A stretch of DNA of 64,000 nt, from assembly GCA_951406725.2 (NCBI GenBank), contig OX597824.1:29140001-29204000 (forward strand). The letters run 5' to 3'. Positions 1 to 13,589 of this stretch are shown one piece after another (the first letter of the stretch is position 1; each line of letters opens with the position of its first letter). The notes below the pieces were generated by a model that ran no database searches, had not been told where the DNA came from, and saw nothing but the letters and a program-made list of their open reading frames with translations. This DNA is from Octopus vulgaris. Lineage: Eukaryota. The position numbers and the translations under genes are program-made.

Positions 1-200
1 ACCGCTTTTAGTCGACCAAATCTACTCCAGGACTTATTCATTGTAAGCCTTGTGCTTGTACTATCGCTCTCTGGCCGAACCGCTAATTTACTAGGATGTA
101 AACACACCAGCATCGGTTGTCAAGCGATGGTGGGGTGACAAAGACAGATATACAAACAAGTATACACACACACACACGTACACATAAATATATATATGTC
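1..200 (-). mobile_element. tRNA-derived SINE family A, 3' portion
   Basis: Reverse complement of the body of the full copy at 43330-43730 (CGCTTGACAACCGATGCTGGTGTGTTTAC, TTAGCGGTTCGGC, GTCGACTAAAAGCGGT). Confidence 0.75.
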
Positions 201-297
201 ACCCATTCCCTTTCGGTTTTTCAATATGTGACCGCGTGTGTTTCGTTGACGATTTCCTTTCTCCGTCTTCCCTCCCTTGGACCTTTCATTTTTCTAT

Positions 298-332
298 GTT
301 TCTGACGATGAGCTCCGCTCGAAACGTTAATT
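298..332 (+). ncRNA. Minimal type I hammerhead ribozyme (helix I partly eroded) in a ~230-bp repeat
   Basis: GTTT-CTGACGA-T-GAGC-TCC-GCTC-GAAA-CG-TT-AATT. Intact core, 4-bp helix II, palindromic ACGT helix III; helix I has only 2 bp left. Confidence 0.6.
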
Positions 333-444
333 CCTCCTTCTTTCTTTCCTTTGCTGAGCGTCCACTAACACTATACTCTTTCAACGTTCACGCGTTGTTG
401 TGTTCTCTCTCTCTCTGTTTTTATGTTTGGATTAACTATATATG

Positions 445-499
<55 letters not shown>

Positions 500-500
<1 letters not shown>

Positions 501-690
501 TTTGTGTCTATGTTTTTCGCCCCAACATCGCACTACAACCGATGTTGGTGTGTTTTTGTCACTGAAACATAGCGGTCCCGCAAAAGAGACCGATCGAATT
601 AGTACTAGACTTACAAAGAATAAGTCCTGGTGCTGTTTTCTTCGACTAAAAGCGATGCTCCAGTAAGGCCGCATCCAAATGACTGAATAT
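500..690 (+). mobile_element. SINE family A, 3' portion
   Basis: CAACCGATGTTGGTGTG...AGTACTAGACTTACAAAGAATAAGTCCTGG...GGCCGCATCCAAATGACTGAA. Confidence 0.75.
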
Positions 691-710
691 ATATATTCAT
701 ATACATAGGC

Positions 711-757
<47 letters not shown>

Positions 758-1681
758 AAATATATATATATATATTCACACATTTATATAAATATATACA
801 CATACATGCGTATATATAACTGCGCGCGCGTGTGTGTGTACTTGTGTCTGACTTTGTGTGCGTGTGTGCGTGTGTGCATGTGTGTATGGATCTATGTTTG
901 TATGTGTGTGTGCGCGCGTACGGATGTGTCAACCGGAATATACTGGTAAAATCTCGCTGAGATTCATCCAACGTATATTATCTGAAAACTTAAGAAAGTA
1001 CTGGAAAATGTCCTAGATTGAGGATATGTCTATAAGATATATAAGTATTTGATTATATAAATATAGTCCCATAATCGTAGGCATTCTTGATCGCAGCTGA
1101 CCGTGGCTAAATAATCTTCCAGGAATGAGTTATTAGATAGAATAACGTAAGATATATTTTGTGTGATATAAATATATGTTTGTCATCTGCGGTCCGTCTA
1201 TAATCAAAGATCTAGTTGATCCAACTTGACCTGTGGCTATACAACAGCAAAGAATAAGATGATATAATTCTTGGTAAATCTCATCTGAAAAAAGAAAACG
1301 AAAATTACCATGCTGTACCATCTTTGATCTTGGGAATCCTTCAAACTGGGCTAAACAGCGACATGGTATTAAACATTTGATAACGTAGTCCTAGGTACAT
1401 TGTGTCTGAAAAAAAAAAAAAGAGGAACGATAAATGTTTCAAAGGTTAACCGTCAATAATTCAGTTTGAAAGCAAGAAAAGACAAGGCAGATAGCGGAGT
1501 CTAGATTGAAAACGCGTGGACTCGTGGTTAGGCTGTTGCAGCCACCATTACAAGATCGTGATATTAATTTCCAGGACGGATGGTCTTTATGTTCTTGAGC
1601 AAAACACTTTATTTCATTCTACTCCTAGATCTCTCACCCTATCTATCTGTCTGTCTATATATGTTTCTGTCTGTATCTAAT

Positions 1682-1737
<56 letters not shown>

Positions 1738-1807
1738 TGTGTGTGTGTGAGTGTGTGTGTGTCTGTATATATAAATATATATATATGTGTGTACGTGTGT
1801 GTGTCTG

Positions 1808-1898
<91 letters not shown>

Positions 1899-1909
1899 AT
1901 ATATATATA

Positions 1910-2775
1910 TATGAAAACTCACAGCTTATTTTACTGCGTATGATGAAAAATGTCAGCTGCTCATAGCCAGCCGACTAAGGTAACACTCTGCGGAGAATTC
2001 TTGCAGTTCCAAGCAATGATGATTCTTGTAGGAGTTCTATCATTACATTTGTGTCAGTCGTTTTGGGTGCTGATACTTCCAAGCGCGAATCACTATCGGT
2101 ATCCCGTCCACTCTTCATTGCCCAAAACCTGCATCTTTCCCACTTTAATCATAGTTGTTCATTTTTCGTCTTTGGATTTGGTTTGCAAGATTCTTTATAT
2201 GAGTTCGTGTGTTGAGAGTCAAGACTATTGAAAAGGTTGCAAGACGCAAGGAAAATTTTAGAAAATAAAAATAAGAAATAAGTGGAAATTTTACCGGTGA
2301 GTGTGTTAAATAATAAGACACTAAAAGAGAATGACTCTGCCTAGATATAGTTGTTCACTTTTCTTCTTATTCTTAGATTCTGTTGTCACCAGAACATACT
2401 ATGTTGATTATCAGGCATGTTTTATATTTTTCTGTTCACTACAAGAATGTCAGGTTCTCGGTGTTCAGTTTAATAGTCACACTGAATCATTGCCTCCCAA
2501 TGATTTTAGAATTGTCGTTCTCAAGAACAGCCTCTAGTGTTTGGTCATACCACGCCTTTGCTCTTTCTGAGCTATAATTTCCCATGAAGTCCCATTGGAT
2601 CATTCTTGTCACATTGTCATAGCGTCTTTTTTGCCAATTCCGGGTATTCACTAACAACGTATCATACTGTTTCACCCCTCTCACCATACATCCTGCATTT
2701 GCTACTCTCAGTAGCGTTATTAATTCTGCACTTTGCGTAGTTTGTCCTCAATGCTTGTACTGAGGACAAATTAAT
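1910..2775 (-). mobile_element. R4/Dong-clade non-LTR retrotransposon, degraded 3' end (CCHC knuckle + restriction-like endonuclease)
   Basis: Minus-strand frames give SKCRMYGERGETV (knuckle), KRRYDNVTRMIQWDF...WYDQTLEAVLENDNSKII, GIPIVI and ELLQESSLLGTARILRRVL, typical R4-clade C-terminal motifs. Stops and frameshifts present. Confidence 0.8.
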
Positions 2776-2809
2776 ATTGTTGTTGCTGTTGTTGCTGATG
2801 ATGATTGAG

Positions 2810-2970
2810 AGAGCACGTGAGCTGAAAGAATCGTTAGCGCGCCGGGCAAAATGCTTCACAGCATTTCGTCGATGAAATAAATACCTGTTGAACACTGGGG
2901 GTCGATGTAATCGACTTACCTCTCCCATCACCGAAATTGCTGGCCTGGTGCCAAAAATTGAAACCATCAT
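2810..2970 (+). mobile_element. SINE family B (Meta-domain-like), internally deleted
   Basis: GAGCTGAAAGAATCGTTAGCGCGCCGGGCAAAATGCTT head; CTGGGGGTCGATGTAATCGACT; tail GAAATTGCTGGCCTGGTGCCAAAAATTGAAACC. Confidence 0.7.
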
Positions 2971-3027
2971 TATTACCATTATTATTTTTTAATTATTTCT
3001 TTTTTCTTTTTTACTATTTTTATTATA

Positions 3028-3500
3028 GATTGAGAGTGCACTGCATGCCATCAAAGTGACACTGGGATACAAATATACGAAGCCCGATATACCCATCATA
3101 ACTACACGTTTGGTAAGGATACAAAAGGTGCATGAATCACAAACATATGTGCGCGACATGGTGATCTCATATCAAGATAAACAACACATGAACTTCCTGA
3201 TGGGACCCCGTTAGAAATTTCTTCAAGTCGAGTAGCCCATGACGCTCAAAATGTCACCGAATAAGGGTTCTTTAAGGGTAGTCATCGTAACACCCACGTT
3301 TCCAGAGATCAACTTTTGAAATTTCAAAATATTCCTCTCAACACGTAGTTATGATGTTACCCTACAACACCGGCTCGTGATCAGAGATGCACATATCATT
3401 AGCCATTAAGGGGCATGATCAACTGGTTAACGTCAAGCAACTGATAGGCAAATCTGTGATTTTGAGCGGAATATATAGCCCAGCATTTAAACCAAGAGGA
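3028..3500 (-). mobile_element. Unclassified interspersed repeat, second copy at 38220-38675
   Basis: Shared blocks in opposite orientation (GTGTCACTTTGAT, ATATGTGCATCTCTGATC, CCCTTATT, CATGTCGCGC). Confidence 0.65.
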
Positions 3501-3552
3501 AACGCTTCCAATTAGATAAGATGAGAAATAAAGCAAGCCACTACCTGGTACT

Positions 3553-3990
<438 letters not shown>

Positions 3991-4593
3991 CGGCTCCTGC
4001 TGATCATGTGGTTCCTGCTGTTGTTGCATTTATTCTGGCTGTTGATGCTTTTCTTGTCGCAATGGTTGCTGCTGCTGCTACTGCTTGTAGATACTGAAGC
4101 TGCTATTTTTGTTGCTGTTGTTGTTGTTGTTCTTCTTCTTCTTGTTCTTGTTCTTCTTCCTGCTGTTGTTGTTGTTGGTTCTCTTGTAGTTACTGTTATT
4201 GCAGTGTAAATGTATTGTCAAGATGTGGAATTATAAACATTCATTCTCGAAAAATCTCCACCCCCGAAACAACACAAACTCTCTCTACCTCACCTACACT
4301 TTCCTGCCCGCTCTCTGAGTCTCTCCCCCATTATTCTCTGCTTTCTCTTACTCTATTATTTCATTTACTATGCTCATTATCTCTCTCTCTCTCTCTCTTA
4401 CTCTCTCTCCCTATCTGTCTGTCTGTCTATATATGTTTCTGTCTGTATCTAACTAGCTATATATATATATATGAGTTTGTGTGTATGTGCGCGTGTTTGT
4501 GCGCGTGTATATATATACACACACATGTGTGTGTGAGTGTGTGTGTGTCTGTATATATAAATATATATATATGTCTGTGCGTGTGTGTGTCTG

Positions 4594-4631
<38 letters not shown>

Positions 4632-4945
4632 GTTTATACATATATACATATATACTCATATTATATACTCATATACATATATATATACACGTGTATATCA
4701 TATGAAAAATTTATATGTATCTCTCTTAGTATACTTTCACATATAAACACACACAAAAGTGCATACATAAATGAATACATACATATATACATACATACAT
4801 ACACGCAAACATGCCTACACACATACATTCATAAGAGTTATACACCCATACACTTCATCCTCTAACCTATAGTTTTAAACATTATTATTATTGTGGTTGT
4901 TGTTGTTGTTAGTGGTGGTAGTGGTGGTGGTGGTGGTAGTAGTAA

Positions 4946-4996
<51 letters not shown>

Positions 4997-5249
4997 GTTT
5001 TGTTTTTTTAATTATTTTTCCATCTCTAAATATTTTCCATCTTTATTACTTCTCCTTACATTTCATTCTCTCCCACCGTCTCTCTCTCTCCCTCCGTCTC
5101 CCCCACACTCACTCACTCTCTCTCTCTCTCTCTCTCCTTCCTCTTTCTCTCTCATTTCGTCTGTGAGTGAGGGTATATAAATGTATATACACAAACTAAT
5201 CTTTCTCTTTTTTTTAGGGATTTCACTATATTTTTAAAAAAATTACTAT

Positions 5250-5366
<117 letters not shown>

Positions 5367-5436
5367 CATGCATATATACATATATATAAACATATATATA
5401 CATATATAAAATATATATATATATACATAGATATAT

Positions 5437-5544
<108 letters not shown>

Positions 5545-5864
5545 CTATGCACATATTTATATGTATATATATAGCGTAGCACACCCTCTCTTTCACCCGC
5601 TCCCTTTCCCCTCTTCCTCTTCCCTCCCCCTCATTCACACACGCCTCGCTACAAATTAAGACAACAACCTCCCTATCATCCGCTTAATTTCTGACATCCT
5701 AAACCGCCATTTACTGTATGTTATCTTCATTTGCATGTGTTCAATCTCGATGCCAACAAACCAGCAAACCATCTACCAAGTAGGAACCATTATCTCAGAC
5801 ATCTCTATCAACAATTTCACTTCAAAAACAAACATCAAATAAGCCGAAACTAATTCGCTTCCAG

Positions 5865-5924
<60 letters not shown>

Positions 5925-5952
5925 CATCATCATTATCATTATCATTACTGCG

Positions 5953-6170
5953 ATGGCGAGCGGGCGGAATCGGCATCTTTCCGTCCGTCTTACGTTCTGA
6001 GCTCAAATTCTGCCAATTGTGGACTTTGCTTTCCATCTTTTCTTGGGTGGGGTGGGGAGCCATATAGTAAGTACCAGTAGCGCACTGGGGTCGATGTACT
6101 CGTCTATATTTTGCCCCCCCCCTCAAGAAAAAGTACTTCACGCCTTGTGCCTATAGTAAAAAGGTTTATC
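5953..6170 (+). mobile_element. SINE family B
   Basis: GGCGAGCGGGCGGAATCG head, TTACGTTCTGAGCTCAAATTC B-box region, TAAGTACCAG...CTGGGGTCGATG. Confidence 0.7.
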
Positions 6171-6179
6171 ATTATCATC

Positions 6180-6201
6180 ATCGTAACTACTACTACTATA
6201 T

Positions 6202-6264
<63 letters not shown>

Positions 6265-6378
6265 GACAACTACTATCACCACCACCACTACTACTACTTC
6301 TACGACTTCTACTACTACCAAAACCCACCACCACTACCACCACTACCACTACCACTACCACTACCACTACCACTACCA

Positions 6379-6452
<74 letters not shown>
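6180..6452. repeat. (ACT)n/(ACC)n microsatellite
   Basis: Directly visible. Confidence 0.95.
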
Positions 6453-6462
6453 GTTATTATTC

Positions 6463-6880
6463 AGGCGGTAAACTAGCAGAATGGTTAACGCATTGTACAA
6501 AATGCCGAGCGATATTTCTTCCGTCTTCATGTTCATATCAAATATTTTTGAGGTTGATTTTTTTTACCTTTTCCTACTTTGCGGTCGATAAAATTTAGAC
6601 CAGTTGCGCACCGGGGTCGATATAATTAATATCAGGGCCCCTGCCTAGAATAGAGCGAATTAATATTAAGGTTGTGAACTGACAGAACCGATGTCGCACC
6701 GGAAAACGATGTTAGCGGCATTTTGGTCCGGCTTTACATACTATTTAAATCCGCCGGCGTTTCCTTTGATCTTTTCACGGTCGACAAAAATACCAATTGA
6801 GCACCAGAGCCGAGGCAATCGACTACACCCTCCTCTCTAATTGCTGGCCTTGTGCCAAAATATGAAACCGTTATATTATT
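6463..6880 (+). mobile_element. Two degraded SINE family B copies in tandem
   Basis: Two heads (GGCGGTAAACTAGCAGAATGGTTAACG; GAACTGACAGAACCG), each followed by a GGTCGA core. Confidence 0.6.
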
Positions 6881-7254
6881 AATTGGACAGGCTTTTATCA
6901 ATCTATCTATTCCTAGCTTACCGCATTCTCTGTTTCTTTACTCTTTCACTTATATTCCTTTCATCCTTCCACGAGCAACCCTCTTGCGACCTCTAATTTT
7001 CTTCCCGTGCGCACCTGTGTATATATGTATTTATGTATGTATTTTATATGTAAATATATATGCGCTCATGGTTGCCCGCATATAAATGTATATATACTTA
7101 TATATGCTGATATATGACCTACGCTGGACTCCTCATTTGCATAATCACCGAACCTGGAGCTTAACTATAGTCTGTCCATAGCACTTACGCAACACTACCT
7201 GACACCTTTGGGTTTTATTGACACCATTACCTCTCATAACCTCACTCTCTCTCT

Positions 7255-7346
<92 letters not shown>

Positions 7347-7351
<5 letters not shown>

Positions 7352-7645
7352 TGCAGCGTGGAAGGTGTTTGTAAGCCATTTAAGAAACACACAAAAGCCG
7401 TTCGATTCACTTCAACATTTAAGTTTAATTTGTCAAAATATTTTCGTCGCTATAAGACCGCGACCTGTTCACTGACAAAAATCCGTGCTGCAAAAATATT
7501 TTGACAAATTAAACTTAAATGTTGAAGTGAATCGAACGGCTTTTGTGTGTTCTTAAATGGCTTACAAACACCTTCCACGCTGCAATTGTTTTCGTTCCAG
7601 CACACGATCTCAGATCAAATCACTTGGTATGCAAGTACATCTCCG

Positions 7646-7648
<3 letters not shown>
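7347..7648. mobile_element. Fold-back non-autonomous Penelope-type element inserted in (TA)n
   Basis: Near-perfect inverted arms 7347-7444 and 7493-7589, an HHR across the left arm/loop, and (TA)n on both flanks. Confidence 0.75.
7429..7479 (-). ncRNA. Type I hammerhead ribozyme with G3-C8 core variant
   Basis: TTTGTCA-GTGAACA-G-GTCGC-GGTCTTATA-GCGAC-GAAA-ATAT-TT-TGACAAA. 7-bp helix I, 5-bp helix II, palindromic AATATT helix III. Confidence 0.75.
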
Positions 7649-7701
<53 letters not shown>

Positions 7702-7966
7702 GTTTGAATGATTGTGTATAGAGGAAACATTCCTGTCACAACCTGGGACCTTGAAAACTGCTTAAATTCAAAAAAGTATACTGGTCCCTTAATATTTGAT
7801 ATTCAATATTTCATCTATTCAATAAGACAATCAATACTTCATTTCATTTTACTATATCTATTATATACACTATTTATACTATATATTCTATGTTCTACAT
7901 CAATATTATAAAGAATATAATTAAAATATAAAAACAGAGTTGGATTTCCTTTAAATAATATATACA

Positions 7967-8006
<40 letters not shown>

Positions 8007-8523
8007 GTATGTATGTATGTAGGTATGTATGTATGTATGTATGTATGTATGCACGTGTGTATGTATTTGTATAAAAGTATACACACTCGTATATATATGA
8101 GCGTGTGTTTGTGCGTGTGTATGTGTGTGTGCGCGTGTGATTATATATAAAATAATCTGTGGGAATATATGAATAAATAAATATATATATGAGTGTATGT
8201 ATGTCGGTCTGTGTGTACAGCCGTACATGCAAGTGTGTGTCTATGTATGGAATTATAATACGTTCTGGATGCCTTTTGCATTTATCATTAACGTTCGAAC
8301 GAGTTGAAAACACGGGCAAAAGAATTTACTTTTCTTCCAGATCGTGTAAAATACTGGACCAGATTGCAAAGTGTCTCTTGGTAAAATAAACATTGCAATA
8401 ACCGAAAAAACCAACATCGTTATTAAAACATCCACTTTCTTAGTAGTTTCCATATTTGCAAATACATCGTAGAGGGATGATAGAAAGACCGTGAGAGCGA
8501 AGCTGTGAATGAGAATTATATAA

Positions 8524-8611
<88 letters not shown>

Positions 8612-8694
8612 GTGTGTATATATAGATACATACGTATATATATATATGTATATTGTACATACATATATATATACATGAGTATATATATATATAT

Positions 8695-8752
<58 letters not shown>

Positions 8753-8766
8753 ATATATATACATAC

Positions 8767-8822
<56 letters not shown>

Positions 8823-9142
8823 GTATATATATATGTGTGTGTGTATGTGTGTATGTATGGGCGGGGGAGTATGTATCTGTAGTTGTGTGTGGGCCCTTAT
8901 GTGGTTTTTGAATTCATGTATTTTTCGTTAGCCATAATTGGCGAAGATTAAGAAACGAAGCGTACAAAAGACTACTTAGATCTTGTTAAAATATATGACG
9001 TTTAGAACATGGGAATATAGATGCATGCGCAGAAACGTATATATATTGACACGCGCTACTCAATATGCATGCATATACTCACTTACGCATATACACACAC
9101 ATATACATATATATATATATATATATACGTATATATATATAC

Positions 9143-9174
<32 letters not shown>

Positions 9175-9189
9175 GTATATATATATACG

Positions 9190-9221
<32 letters not shown>

Positions 9222-9311
9222 CATATATATACAGATGTATACATACGCATATATATATATATATATAAACTTGCTTAGAAATGGATGCGTGGCACACAAT
9301 CAAATAATGTT

Positions 9312-9632
9312 CTTTTACTCTTTTATATGTTTTTCAGTCATTTGACTGTGGCCATGCTGGAGCACCACCTTTTAGTGGAGCACGTCAACCCCAGTACTTA
9401 TTCTATTGGTCTCTTTTGTCGAACCGCTAAGTTACGGGGACGTAAACACACCAGCATCGGTTGTCAAGCGAAGTTGGGGGGGGGGAGACAAACACAGACA
9501 CACAAACATATACATACACATACATATATATAAACATATATACGACGGGCTTCTTTCAGTTTCCGTCTACTAAATCCACTCACAAGGCTGAAGCCGGAAC
9601 CATGTGGTTGGTAAGCAAGCTCCTTACCAACA
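9312..9632 (-). mobile_element. SINE family A with internal deletions
   Basis: Head GGTAAGGAGCTTGCTTACCAACCACATGGTTCCGG; tail GGCCACAGTCAAATGACTGAAA...TAAAAGAGTAAAAG. Confidence 0.8.
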
Positions 9633-9722
9633 GTAAACAATATGAAATACGAAAACAAAAGAGTTCAATACACAAACAACGAGAGAAACAAATGGAAGAC
9701 AGGACAAGTAACATAAAGACTG

Positions 9723-9790
9723 ACACTTCATCAGTTGTCGGCTGTCTATATACTCCTCATTTCGAGCATTCAACGACAATATGAGTCTTC
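9723..9790 (-). ncRNA. Non-circularly permuted hammerhead ribozyme candidate, copy 1 (within a ~350-bp repeat, 9634-9990)
   Basis: gaaga-CTCA-T-A-TTGTCG-ttga-ATGCT-C-GAAA-TGAG-15nt-CGACAA-CTGATGA-AGTGT. All three helices pair and covary with copy 2. Confidence 0.75.
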
Positions 9791-10127
9791 GAAGACAGTT
9801 GTTCCCATATCCACCAAAATAAAATCTGGGATTTATGGAGGTTCAAAGTTGGAAATAAAGACAGGACAGTGGAGATATACAAGGAAACCGAACGAAGATA
9901 AATATGGAATGTTGTTTGACGAGAACGAGGGTAAATAGCGAACGCTGGAAAAATGTTTTCTTTGACAAGAGAAAAGAGATATATATGTAGATCCATTTTT
10001 TAGGTAGGCCTACATAATGGATATACAGATGCAATATCCCTGCATATCTCACGTCTATTTCATTCTACTTCACTCTCTATTTCATGTCTTATCTAAAGTA
10101 ACTATCGCTTAGCGATATTCTTACAAC

Positions 10128-10175
10128 GTCTCCGATGAAGGGATATATAAAATATCCCGGAAACAGCTATATGAC
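10128..10175 (+). ncRNA. Degenerate type I hammerhead ribozyme
   Basis: GTCT-CCGATGA(U4C)-A-GGGATAT-ATAAA-ATATCCC-G-GAAA-CAGCTA-TA-TGAC. Confidence 0.55.
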
Positions 10176-10600
10176 CTACTATTTATAAATGTTCTAAAAT
10201 ATTTCATAGCCTTGGATATTTATTTCATTTTGTAAAGGTTGTGAATCCAACCAACTAAAGGATAATATCTATCTAATATACTGCTTGTAGAATACCCAAT
10301 TATTAATACACAAGTGTTTCTCACTGCATGACAATTACACTACTGAATGTAATAAATAGGTGAGGGTAAGAAGTTGTTTTACCCTTAATTTATACAGGAA
10401 TAAGAAAATGGAGGAGATCAAGAGCCGGCATTCCTCAACATTTAGAGATTATATTATGCTTATTTATTTATTTAATAAAACATTATAACAATATACATAC
10501 ATGTATAACATATTATGCTTTACATATATAATATATAAAAATATAAAAATACCAGTCATTATTAAAATATATAACGTAGAGCATAGGAAGTAGAATAATA

Positions 10601-10722
10601 TCTTACAGTTGTTTCAGCCAAGAGGTTACAGTACCCCAATTTACTTCCATCCTTTCAGTGAACTGAAGTATTTGGTAGATAAGATTAAGGTACTTGGGTG
10701 TGCCTCTGGGCTTCGTCAGAGA
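10601..10722 (-). ncRNA. Hammerhead ribozyme with extended helix II domain
   Basis: TCT-CTGACGA-AGCCCAGAGG...CCTCTTGGCT-GAAA-CAACTG-TA-AGA. Confidence 0.65.
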
Positions 10723-11136
10723 GTTTAGAAAGTTATAAATATAAATACATACATGTATGCACACTTACATATATATATATATATATATGAATATAAATAT
10801 ATATATGCGTGTGTATCTATATATGTATATGTTCCTCATTTATATACCTTTTCATTCGTACTTAACTACAATAATCTTAAAATAGATAGATCATTTAAAT
10901 TCCACTATTATTTCTCTTTTGATTATTTGTTTCTTTCCTCTATTTATACTTTATCTGATAAGAATAATATAATACGCATCATAATAATAATAACTGAGAT
11001 CTTTGTATGCACATACATATAAAAATAAATGTATACATATGTATTTATGTATATTTATGTATATGTATGTATATGTAAAAGTGTGTATATATGTATATAT
11101 TTATATTTATAACTTAACCTTATCAACTTTCTAAAC

Positions 11137-11258
11137 TCTCTGACGAAGCCCAGAGGCACACCCAAGTACCATAATCTTATGTACCAAATACTTAAGTTCA
11201 ATGAAGAGATGGAAGTAAATTGGGGTACTATGACCTCTTGGCTGAAACAGCTGTAAGG
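11137..11258 (+). ncRNA. Hammerhead ribozyme with extended helix II domain
   Basis: TCT-CTGACGA-AGCCCAGAGG...CCTCTTGGCT-GAAA-CAGCTG-TA-AGG; palindromic ACAGCTGT helix III. Confidence 0.7.
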
Positions 11259-11467
11259 TACTATTCTACTTCCTATGCTCGACGTTATATATTTTAATAA
11301 TGACTGGTATTGTTATATTTTTATATATTATATATGTAAAGCATAATATGTTATACATGTATGAATATTTTTATAATGGTTTTTTAACAAAATTAATAAA
11401 TAGACATAATATAATGTCTAAAAGTTGATGAATACCACCTTTGACCCCCTCCATTTTCTTATTACTG

Positions 11468-11540
<73 letters not shown>

Positions 11541-11572
11541 ATGTACATATATATATATGCATTTATATATAT

Positions 11573-11710
<138 letters not shown>

Positions 11711-11739
11711 ACCTAATTTGTGTCAGAGAATTTGGAGCA

Positions 11740-12200
11740 AGACTAAACGCCATATTTGACGATCACGTGGACAAATACGAATGCTCCGGCAACTAATTAG
11801 CGTTTATACAATTTGTTCTAACACAAAAATCGTTGTGAATGTTGTTATAAGACATTGTACTGATTCCAAGTATTGTTCTGACCACGTTGTCCGAGCGGAT
11901 CATGCAGGGATATTCAGTCTCTCGGATATTGTCTTGTATTTTAATGAAACATGAATTACAAACCCGAGCAACAAACACACACTGCGCATCCTTAAGAGCT
12001 AGATATAGATGTCATGATGAGATTGATAATAAGCTGCCATGTTGACGGTCTGGGAAACTTGTTCTTAATTTTGGTAAGCAAGATAAGAAAAACAAGATGT
12101 TTAGAAGTTTCTGATAGTTCCTACCACTATATATGTTCTCCTCAATAACAATTTGAATAGTAAGTGACCAGTATTGAAATATGACTCTCATTGACCAGAG
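11740..12200 (-). mobile_element. Possible Merlin (IS1016/ISXO2-like) transposase relic
   Basis: IQDNI...MIRSD...TMSY...FCVRTNCINAN resembles Merlin I..NI.PG..I.SD...Y...FV...TN.IE; heavily degraded. Confidence 0.3.
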
Positions 12201-12247
12201 TACCTCGGGTACATTTAATATACATGTATATTTATATCTATACATAT

Positions 12248-12312
<65 letters not shown>

Positions 12313-12351
12313 TAGATATCTATACATCTATACATATATACACACATATAC

Positions 12352-12414
<63 letters not shown>

Positions 12415-13113
12415 TGTACACACACATATATACATAAACATAAATTTATACACATGCACACACATATATGTAGATATATAAAGATATGCCTATACACACA
12501 CATACATACACACATAGATTTGCACTTAAACATGTATGGATTTACATGTGTGTAGCATGTATTTATATATATATGTAGAGACGGAGAGAGAGAGAAAGGG
12601 AGACAGAGTGAGCGGGAAAGAGAGAGATCATTCATACATACATACATACATACATACATACATACATACATACATACATACAAACATACATACATACAGG
12701 TAAGATCCATCGTCGTCATCTCCAGCAGGCTAACTTAATAGGATGTTCTGCTAGATAAACAGTCAAACAATGGATGAAGCATTATGTGGGAAGCGTATTT
12801 GAAGTAACAGTTCACGGAGATCTAGAAATACTCGGAAGCTAAACAAGTACGCCAGAAACACACAGGAAGTCCTTTAATTGTGACACTTATGCTCTTTGGT
12901 TCCGGTGAAGTCGTTTTGTATTGTATAGTGCCGCTCCAAACAATAACTTGGTAGCGCAAACCAATATAACCTTTGATCTGCAACCATATATGAAGTTCCC
13001 AAAATTTTGGTATTTGCCTTGTTCTTGGTGATTTTGTATGTGGTCAGTTAAGGCAGTGTGGTACTATGCAAGCCAAAATTTCTATTTTATAACACATACA
13101 TCGGACCTTATAC

Positions 13114-13356
13114 CTATTTCTATTTCTTTATTACCCACAAGGGGCTAAACACAGAGGGGACAAACAAGGACAGACATAGGTATTAAGTCGATTACATCGA
13201 CCCCAGTGCGTAACTGGTATTTAATTTATCGACCCCGAAAGGATGAAAGGCAAAGTCGACCTCGGCGGAATTTGAACTCACAACGTAACGCAGACGAAAT
13301 ACCGCTAAGCATTTCGCCCGGCGTGCTAACGTTTCTGCCAGCTCACCGCCTTCATT
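13114..13356 (-). mobile_element. SINE family B, near full length, with target-site duplication
   Basis: GGCGGTGAGCTGGCAGAAACGTTAGCACGCCGGGCGAAATGCTTAGCGG head; GCCTTTCATCCTTTCGGGGTCGATAAATTAAATACCAG Meta-like core; flanked by a direct repeat GGACCTTATACC. Confidence 0.85.
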
Positions 13357-13589
13357 GGACCTTATACCGTATACATGCTCGGTGATTTGTTTTCCTATTT
13401 TTGAGAGAGAAAAACTTGACCACATCTGCTGTGTCTGGGTTGCTTCCAGAAGCATGTGCCTCGCCCCTTGCGTATTTATTTCCTCTTCATTCATGGTTAA
13501 GTCACGATTGAGAGACAAGTCAATTCGTTCACAGTATCGCTGGAGCTGCAGAGGAAGCCAGGTTTGGGTTAAGTATAACCATATATATG

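Larger units (their letters stand above)
10392..11470. mobile_element. ~1.08-kb inverted-repeat element with an HHR in each arm (Penelope pseudo-LTR-like)
   Basis: Arms of about 10392-10735 and 11120-11470 are diverged reverse complements. Confidence 0.8.

Noticed and set aside
8445-8475. HHR-like motif on the minus strand (TCT-ACGATGT-ATTTGCAAAT-ATG-GAAA-CTAC-TA-AGA)
   Set aside because: Three core mismatches; a possible relic but not supportable.
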